DNA from: Okeania sp.
Lineage (GTDB): Bacteria > Cyanobacteriota > Cyanobacteriia > Cyanobacteriales > Microcoleaceae
DNA: 23,707 bases
Direction: 5' to 3'
Assembly: GCF_035285525.1 (NCBI RefSeq)
Contig: NZ_JAYKGW010000241.1
Coordinates: forward strand, 1 to 23,707
The position numbers and the translations under genes were made by a program. Of this stretch, positions 18,267 through 23,707 are shown in pieces (position 1 is the first letter of the stretch; every line of letters starts with the position of its first letter). The notes below the pieces were generated by a model that worked only from the letters and a program-made list of their open reading frames with translations, did no database searches and had not been told where the DNA came from.

Positions 18267-18310
18267 GGTAAAAATCAGGTAAAAAATAGGTAAAGGAAAG
18301 GTTAAAAAAA
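18267..18310 (-). promoter_or_regulatory. degenerate Pho-box-like array upstream of the first pstS
   Basis: The plus strand shows ggtaaaaatca ggtaaaaaata ggtaaaggaaa ggttaaaaaaa in 11-bp phase. The minus strand reads TTTAACCT, CTTTACCT, TTTTACCT, TTTTACCT. Confidence 0.5.
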
Positions 18311-18507
18311 TTCTAGGAAAGAGCAAGTAAGGAGTTATTTCAGTTATCAGTAGCTGAAAACCCATAATAAAAATCTTGATTTTTCCTTCTGCTTTCTGCC
18401 CTCTGCCTTCTGCTATATTTTCCTTTAAAGTTAATTATTATGAATATGTGGTGGAAAGATGGTAAAATTCAATTTCATCAAACAATATAGTAATTACAAG
18501 GTTAGTC

Positions 18508-19614
18508 GTGGTTCAAACACCCCTATCAACCCATACAGAAACTAATACCAAAGCTTTCCTATCTTTGCCAGAGACAAGAAGTCAGTTACAACAACAACTT
18601 CATAATTTAGCCAAGCAAATTATTTCTGGGTATCGTCTTAGTCGAGAAGAAGCTATGACACTGACTCAAATTACAGGAGAGGAAGATATTCTGCTACTTT
18701 GTGAAACTGCAGACCAAGTTCGTCAAGCTTGTTGTGGTAACATAGTAGATCTGTGTAGCATTGTTAATGTCAAATCTGGAGGCTGTTCAGAGAATTGTAG
18801 CTTTTGTTCCCAATCAGCTCATCATCCAGGAGAAGGTTCCCCTATTTATGGCCTTAAGTCTACTGAGGAAATTTTAGCTCAAGCAAAAGCAGCAGAAGCA
18901 GGTGGGGCGAAAAGATTTTGCTTAGTGTCTCAGGGTAGAGGGATTAAGTATAACAGTCCCAAGTCTACAGAATTTGAAGAAATTCTGGCTACGGTACGAC
19001 AAATAATTGCTGAAACTAATATTAAGCCTTGTTGTGCTTTAGGAGAAGTAACTCCCGAACAAGCTAAAGCACTAGCAGAGGCAGGAGTGACTCGCTACAA
19101 TCATAATTTGGAAGCCTCTGAGAATTTTTACCCAGAAATTGTCACAACTCATAGTTGGTATGACCGAGTAGAAACAGTGAACAATCTAAAAGCAGTAGGT
19201 ATTCAGGCTTGTACTGGGGGTATTATTGGTATGGGAGAAACTTGGGAAGATAGAATAGATTTGGCCTTAGCTTTGCGAGAGTTAGAAGTTGAGTCTGTAC
19301 CTTTGAATTTGTTAAATCCTCGTGAAGGTACGCCATTGGGTGATGTGCCCAAATTAGAGCCTTATGATGCTTTGAAAGCGATCGCTATTTTCCGTCTGAT
19401 TTTACCACAGCAAATTATTCGTTATGCTGGAGGACGAGAAGCTGTGATGGGAGAATTACAAGCTTTAGGTTTGAAGGCTGGTATTAATGCTATGTTGATT
19501 GGTCATTATTTGACAACTCTTGGTCAACCCCCAGAAAAAGACCAAGCAATGCTAGAATCATTAGGACTGCAGGGTGGAGAAACTCCTGTTAAAACTAATA
19601 GAACTTACCCATAA
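18508..19614 (+). CDS. bioB: biotin synthase (radical SAM)
   Basis: 368 aa with CSENCSFCSQS (CxxxCxxC), YNHNLE and GGIIGMGE. It has a GTG start. About 35 aa at the N-terminus precede the region I can align to BioB from memory, so the start is uncertain. Confidence 0.9.
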   Translation: MVQTPLSTHTETNTKAFLSLPETRSQLQQQLHNLAKQIISGYRLSREEAMTLTQITGEEDILLLCETADQVRQACCGNIVDLCSIVNVKSGGCSENCSFCSQSAHHPGEGSPIYGLKSTEEILAQAKAAEAGGAKRFCLVSQGRGIKYNSPKSTEFEEILATVRQIIAETNIKPCCALGEVTPEQAKALAEAGVTRYNHNLEASENFYPEIVTTHSWYDRVETVNNLKAVGIQACTGGIIGMGETWEDRIDLALALRELEVESVPLNLLNPREGTPLGDVPKLEPYDALKAIAIFRLILPQQIIRYAGGREAVMGELQALGLKAGINAMLIGHYLTTLGQPPEKDQAMLESLGLQGGETPVKTNRTYP

Positions 19615-19673
19615 ACACTAATGGTGGTGCACTGTTTCAGCTAAAATAGTGTATTAGGGAGTAGGGGAGTCGA

Positions 19674-19753
19674 GGTAGGGACGTTGCATAACAAAAATGC
19701 GTTTTCCGTTCCGGAATCCTCCGCAAACATGTCGCGCAGCGATACGTCCCTAC
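19674..19753. repeat. GC-richer element bounded by a 10-bp inverted repeat, probably a dispersed intergenic repeat
   Basis: GTAGGGACGT at 19674-19683 pairs with ACGTCCCTAC at 19744-19753. The surrounding 19650-19835 is much more GC-rich than the local background. Confidence 0.4.
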
Positions 19754-19838
19754 AGGAGAAAGATTTTTGTTGGGTTACTTCTGCGGAGAACCAAGCTACC
19801 ATGCTGCGCAACCCTAACGGGAACAACCGAACCTACAT

Positions 19839-19976
19839 CTATAAAATTATTATTTCTTCCCTGTTCCCTGTTCCCTGTTCCCTGTTCCCTGTTCCCTGTT
19901 CCCTGTTCCCTGTTCCCTGTTCCCTCTATAAAATTATTATTTCTTCCCTGTTCCCTGTTCCCTGTTCCGTGTTCCC
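19839..19976. repeat. nested repeat: the block [ctataaaattattatttctt + (CCCTGTT)n] occurs twice
   Basis: The 20-mer is at 19839-19858 and again at 19926-19945. (CCCTGTT) occurs as 9 perfect copies at 19859-19921, and about 4 copies at 19946-19976. Confidence 0.95.
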
Positions 19977-19994
19977 TCTCTCAACTTAACTGAA

Positions 19995-20579
19995 ATGGCA
20001 ATTACAGTAGAATTACTTTGGGCAGTTGTAGGTTTACTATTAACAATTGCTGCAACATTTTTACCAGCCTCTTTTGCTAGTCCTACTTGGATATGGGAAC
20101 AACAAGAAATTAAGATTTTTTCTTTAGGAGTAACTTACCAAGTTGGTGCAGTTTTATTAGTAGGTTGTTTAGGTGGAAAAAATGCTGCTGTTATTTCTCA
20201 AATAGCCTACATATTGTTAGGTCTAACATTATTACCTGTGTTTACTAACGGTGGTGGTATTGGTTATTTGAGAGAACCTAGTTTTGGTTATTTATTAGGT
20301 TTTATTCCTGGAGCTTGGGTGTGTGGAAATCTAGCTTTTACAGCATATCCTAAATTAGAATCATTAGCTTTTAGCTGTTTATGTGGTTTGTTAAGTATTC
20401 ATGTAACTGGGTTAGTTTATTTAATTATTAGTAATATTTTAGGGTGGAAAAATACAGATTCATTACCTTTATTTGAAGCTATTTTTAGATATTCTATTTT
20501 TCCTTTTCCAGGACAACTAGGAATTATATGTGCTATTGCAGTTATGGCTTATTTTTTACGACGTTTATTGTTTTATTAA
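19995..20579 (+). CDS. bioY: BioY-family biotin transporter (S component)
   Basis: 194 aa polytopic membrane protein directly after bioB, with BioY-like motifs QVGAVLLVGCLGG, LPVFTNGGGIGYL and PSFGYLLGFIPGAW. Confidence 0.75.
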   Translation: MAITVELLWAVVGLLLTIAATFLPASFASPTWIWEQQEIKIFSLGVTYQVGAVLLVGCLGGKNAAVISQIAYILLGLTLLPVFTNGGGIGYLREPSFGYLLGFIPGAWVCGNLAFTAYPKLESLAFSCLCGLLSIHVTGLVYLIISNILGWKNTDSLPLFEAIFRYSIFPFPGQLGIICAIAVMAYFLRRLLFY

Positions 20580-20682
20580 CTAGCTATCAGCTTTTAGCAT
20601 TCAGCATTTAGCAATGAGTTTTTATACAGAAAATTCCACATTAATCTAATACAACTAACAGTAAATTTAAGATAATTATTAA

Positions 20683-21195
20683 TTGTTAAATTTGAAATTA
20701 CGTTTAAAAAAAAATCCTTTATTCTGGATAGTTGCTATTATCAGCATTGTATTCGACCATCTAACAAAATTTTGGGTGGTACAAAATTTTCAACTCGGAG
20801 AAAGTCTACCTTTATGGTCTGGTGTATTTCACTTTACTTATGTGACTAATACTGGAGCAGCTTTTAGTCTTTTTAGTAATGGTGGAGTTTATTGGTTACG
20901 GTGGTTATCTTTAATAGTTAGTTTAGGTCTCATGGGTTTTGCTTGGTTCGGACCTAAATTTAATCCCTGGGAACAACTAGGTTATGGTTTAATTTTAGGA
21001 GGAGCATTAGGTAATGGTATTGATAGGTTTGTTTCTGGTTATGTTGTAGATTTTTTACATTTTCGCCTGATCAATTTTCCTATTTTTAATGTGGCAGATA
21101 TTTCGATTAATATTGGGATTATTTGTTTACTAATTACTACGTTTTTTGCTGAAGAAGGAAGAAGTCAGAAGGAAGAAGCAAGAAGGAAGAAGTAA
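20683..21195 (+). CDS. lspA: lipoprotein signal peptidase II
   Basis: 170 aa with TNTGAAFSLF, GNGIDRF, VVDFLHF and FNVADISI (catalytic Asp motifs). The start is TTG (20683 or 20691), as there is no in-frame ATG upstream of the conserved part. The last 15 codons are encoded by a heptamer repeat. Confidence 0.9.
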   Translation: MLNLKLRLKKNPLFWIVAIISIVFDHLTKFWVVQNFQLGESLPLWSGVFHFTYVTNTGAAFSLFSNGGVYWLRWLSLIVSLGLMGFAWFGPKFNPWEQLGYGLILGGALGNGIDRFVSGYVVDFLHFRLINFPIFNVADISINIGIICLLITTFFAEEGRSQKEEARRKK

Positions 21196-21215
21196 ATAAT
21201 TATTATGACTAAATT

Positions 21216-21242
21216 GTAACACAAGCATCCTGCTTGTGTTAC
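21216..21242. terminator. bidirectional terminator hairpin between the convergent lspA and recQ genes
   Basis: GTAACACAAGCA-tcc-TGCTTGTGTTAC forms a perfect 12-bp stem, with A/T-rich flanks on both sides. Confidence 0.7.
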
Positions 21243-21314
21243 CAAAATTAATTACTAAACAAAATTTTGTGCCTCACTAACTCAAAAATTGTTGTAGTTC
21301 TTTCCCCCTACTCC

Positions 21315-22781
21315 CTACTCCCTACTCCCTCTTTTATTACAATTATCACAATGACCGCAACCCATATTTTGAGCTTCTTGAGAAAAACCAAATGCTTCTA
21401 ATAAAAATTGCCATCGACATTTTTTCGTAGAACAATATTTATTCATTTCCTCAACTCCTGAACTGTAATTTAAAGATGCTTTTTTACCACTACTAGACTT
21501 ATTAATAATATAATTAAACGGGTCGCGCCATCTCAATTTTCCAGAAGAATGGAGAATAGATAAAGCGATCGCTGCATTAGGAAATTCATCTATTAAACTA
21601 TTAATATTTCCCGTAGTTGGCAGTTGCTTAATTAATTTTTCTGCTGTCTGATACTGCGACCTTAATTTATCTGCTAAAAACTTTTGTCTTTGTTTATCCT
21701 CCGAATCTAACCAACCAGTTGGTTCACTAATTAAAGTTAAAGCTTCTGCCATTTTTCCATCTCTACCTCCCCTACCAACTTCTTGAATATATTCTGATAA
21801 AAGACATGGTGCTTGAAAATGTATTACCCAGCGCACATCTGGTTTATTTATTCCCATTCCAAAAGCAGAAGTACAGACTACAAAATTTATTTCTCCACCT
21901 ATCCAAACTTTCTCAATATGTCGTCTTTCTTCCCCACTTAAACCAGCATGATAAGCTGTAGTTTGATAATTTTTGACTCGTAATATTTCCGCTAAATTTT
22001 CACTATCTTTTCTAGTTCTCACATAAACTAAACCAGCTTGTTTTTCTCTAGCTTTGATAAACTTAAATAATTGTTGACGGCGAATTCTAGGAGTACAAAT
22101 ATATTGAATTTTTAGATGTAAATTATTTCGGTAAGGACTAAGTAAAAATTGTGTTGGGTTTTGTAATTTTAGGGTATTTTTGATAATTTTTTGAGCTTCA
22201 GGATCCGCAGTAGCGGTGAATGCTGCAATCGCAATATTTGTACCTGGTGGTTTAGATTTTATTAATGCCGATCTAACTGCTCCTAAACGTCTATAAGCAG
22301 GGCGAAATGTTTCTCCCCATTGTACTAAACAGTGAGCTTCATCTAATATGAAACCATTGATTTTTGTCTGGGGTTGAGATAATAAATTCCAGATTTTTTC
22401 GTTGAATAATGTTTCTGGAGAAAGGTAGAGTAATCTGAGTTTATTTTGTTCTAATTTTTGGAATGTTTCTCGTTTTTTTTGGGAAGTAAGTTGACTGTGG
22501 AGTAAAGCAGCAGGTAGAGAGCGATCGCTTAATTCTTGTACTTGATTTTCCATTAAAGCAACTAGGGGAGAAATAACTAATGTTAAACCTGTTTGTAGAA
22601 GGGCGGGAAGTTGAAAACATATTGATTTTCCCCCTCCAGTTGGCATTATAATTAAAGCATCTTTTCCCGTTAATAAACAGTTAATTATTTCTCCTTGTGG
22701 AGGTCGAAAATCATCATATCCCCAGATTTTTTTGAATGTTTCTTTGACTATATTCCAAGATATTTGTTGTGAGTTATTCAT
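21315..22781 (-). CDS. recQ: RecQ-family ATP-dependent DNA helicase (short form, no HRDC region visible)
   Basis: 488 aa with MPTGGGKS (Walker A), LDEAHC (DEAH), FTATA, AFGMGINKPDVRWVIH and QEVGRGGRDG, plus a C-terminal Cys cluster (CRW…CGHCDNC). Confidence 0.9.
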   Translation of the reverse strand: MNNSQQISWNIVKETFKKIWGYDDFRPPQGEIINCLLTGKDALIIMPTGGGKSICFQLPALLQTGLTLVISPLVALMENQVQELSDRSLPAALLHSQLTSQKKRETFQKLEQNKLRLLYLSPETLFNEKIWNLLSQPQTKINGFILDEAHCLVQWGETFRPAYRRLGAVRSALIKSKPPGTNIAIAAFTATADPEAQKIIKNTLKLQNPTQFLLSPYRNNLHLKIQYICTPRIRRQQLFKFIKAREKQAGLVYVRTRKDSENLAEILRVKNYQTTAYHAGLSGEERRHIEKVWIGGEINFVVCTSAFGMGINKPDVRWVIHFQAPCLLSEYIQEVGRGGRDGKMAEALTLISEPTGWLDSEDKQRQKFLADKLRSQYQTAEKLIKQLPTTGNINSLIDEFPNAAIALSILHSSGKLRWRDPFNYIINKSSSGKKASLNYSSGVEEMNKYCSTKKCRWQFLLEAFGFSQEAQNMGCGHCDNCNKRGSRE

Positions 22782-22864
22782 TTCAGTTATGAAGTAAGCA
22801 TTTAGCCATCAGCTAACAGCTTATCAGCTATTACTTTTTGTTTTATATATTTGTCAGAAAAAAC

Positions 22865-22920
22865 TGTAGGGGTTTGGTCTCCAAATCCCTTTGCACTTGG
22901 GTTTGGAAACCAAACCCCTA
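22865..22920. repeat. 56-nt imperfect long hairpin (REP/MITE-like)
   Basis: GTAGGGGTTTGGT-c-TCCAAATCCC-tttgcact-TGGGTTTGGA-a-ACCAAACCCCTAC. Confidence 0.5.
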
Positions 22921-22950
22921 CCATAAAATCTTACAATCTATTTAACTAAC

Positions 22951-22983
22951 AGAAACCCGGTTTCTTCAAGAAACCGGGTTTCT
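22951..22983 (-). terminator. perfect 15-bp stem hairpin at the 3' end of the TIGR00725-like gene
   Basis: AGAAACCCGGTTTCT-tca-AGAAACCGGGTTTCT. The loop tca (22966-22968) is the complement of the TGA that closes the reconstructed reading frame. Confidence 0.55.
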
Positions 22984-23501
22984 AAGTCCTCTATTCCCTA
23001 CTCCCTGCTCCCTACTCCCTAAAATCAAATTTTTAATCACCTCAATAGCACTTTCTGGGATATTCACCACAAAAACAGTTTCCGGAGACAAACTAACAAA
23101 AAAAGCCTGACTTTCCAAATTACTATTCAACAAAATAATCCTTTTATTATTCCTGCCAAAGCAACCTCTGAAGCAGTACCCGCTTCCATCCCACAGGCGA
23201 TCGCAACATCACTAGAAAGCACATTAACATCCCATCCGACTATTACCCATATCAGTAACAATAGGAATATCCACCGCCTCAGAAATACCATCCACATTAT
23301 TGCCAGGCAAAATACCAATAGTTAAACCATTAACAGACTTTGCACCCCGACTCGCAGCATCCATCACACCCATATTCCGCCCACCTGTCAATAAAACCCA
23401 AGATTCTTGAGCTATTAGTTGACCTAATTTATAGGCATTTTTCAAGTCTACGGAAGTAGCGCCACTTCCCGGACCCATGACACCGATGATAATTTTTTCA
23501 T
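22966..23501 (-). pseudogene. TIGR00725 / LOG-like (Rossmann, lysine-decarboxylase-like) family gene disrupted by three frameshifts
   Basis: Track ORFs 23224..23478 and 23127..23318, plus an unlisted open frame at 22969..23208, are consecutive pieces of one protein: (MKK)IIIGVMGPGSGAT…LLTGGRNMGVMDAASRGAKSVNGLTIGILPG…IVTDMGNSR / DVNVLSSDVAIACGMEAGTASEVALAG / NNKRIILLNSNLESQAFFVSLSPETVFVVNIPESAIEVIKNL. The frame order is A, A+1, A. The SD-preceded ATG at 23499-23501 is also 1 nt out of frame across an A6 run. Confidence 0.7.
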
Positions 23502-23546
23502 TAGATATCTCCAGAAAAGAGAGAACACTTAACTGGGAACAGAGAA

Positions 23547-23707
23547 CAGTTGTAGGTTGGGTTGAGGGACGAAACCCAACAAAACTTTGAACAGTTGTAG
23601 GTTGGGTTGAGGGACGAAACCCAACAAAACTTTGAACAGTTGTAGGTTGGGTTGAGGGACGAAACCCAACAAAACTTTGAACAGTTGTAGGTTGGGTTGA
23701 GGGACGA
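23547..23707. repeat. 45-bp tandem repeat (at least 3.5 copies, running off the window), each unit holding an 8-bp-stem hairpin
   Basis: The unit cagttgtaggttgggttgagggacgaaacccaacaaaactttgaa starts at 23547, 23592, 23637 and 23682. The hairpin is GTTGGGTT-gagggacga-AACCCAAC. Confidence 0.95.

Noticed and set aside
19719-19809. A pseudoknotted RNA formed by 7-mer complementarities (CTCCGCA/TGCGGAG and GCGCAGC/GCTGCGC) together with the 10-bp inverted repeat.
   Set aside because: The pairs are arranged in parallel, crossing order, so they cannot all form antiparallel helices together. They are more likely motif sharing within a dispersed repeat.
19641-19993. Track ORFs 19641..19826 (-), 19684..19989 (+) and 19697..19993 (+).
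   Set aside because: They overlap each other within the repeat-filled bioB-bioY spacer. The plus-strand ones translate the (CCCTGTT)n array (SLFPVPC repeats). There is no independent coding signal.
21315-22781. RecQ-like helicase as part of a defence island.
   Set aside because: From memory, short RecQ helicases of this length are conserved housekeeping genes in cyanobacteria. The neighbours (lspA, bioBY and a LOG-like pseudogene) are not defence-associated, and there are no nuclease, methylase, TIR or other partner genes.
23127-23478. Two separate small genes (84 aa and 63 aa).
   Set aside because: They are overlapping out-of-frame fragments of a single TIGR00725/LOG-like gene. The first 30 residues or so of the 63-aa ORF are out-of-frame translation of the first fragment.
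1-23707. tRNA, rRNA, tmRNA, RNase P RNA, known riboswitches, IS elements or prophage genes.
   Set aside because: Scanning by eye found no T-loop/acceptor patterns (GGTTCGAATCC-like), no RNase P GAGGAAAGTCC box (only GAGGAAAGTT at about 4915, without context) and no transposase- or integrase-like ORFs. Absence is not proven without covariance-model searches.

Overview
AT-rich chromosomal segment that looks cyanobacterial, most likely from a filamentous Nostocales-type genome. This is inferred from at least 11 HIP1 sites (GCGATCGC), many heptamer STRR-type tandem repeats, and the gene content. I see no cas genes, transposase, integrase, reverse transcriptase, tRNA or rRNA.

Genes, left to right:
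- ferredoxin-sulfite reductase (minus strand), still open at the left window edge, with an unusual repeat-rich C-terminal extension
- two small conserved genes
- a roughly 2 kb ORF-poor stretch
- a PAS-GAF hybrid histidine kinase followed by a receiver-adenylate cyclase
- a complete Pho-regulated phosphate uptake cluster pstS / pstS-pstC-pstA-pstB (minus strand) with visible 11-bp-phased Pho-box arrays
- bioB-bioY, lspA, and a short recQ
- a TIGR00725/LOG-like gene disrupted by three frameshifts

Coding density is low (about two thirds) and the spacers are full of repeats.

The best candidate for something undescribed is a non-coding array of 8 tandem 75-76 bp units at 11386-11990, between the cyclase gene and the pstB terminator. 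Each unit has a 35-nt core that is almost invariant and a 40-nt half that is diverged and recombinationally shuffled. It has CRISPR-like geometry but is not a CRISPR. It resembles the tandem sRNA-gene arrays known in Nostocales, or an array of protein-binding sites.

Secondary observations:
- the Sir C-terminal extension
- an identical repeat-derived leader (ATAACTGAA-ATG) on three unrelated genes
- a perfect 3 x 14 bp repeat abutting the cyclase start codon
- a 104-bp duplicated block
- a 20-bp perfect inverted repeat
- repeat-encoded protein tails

All functional calls come from reading translated motifs by eye. No database search was possible.
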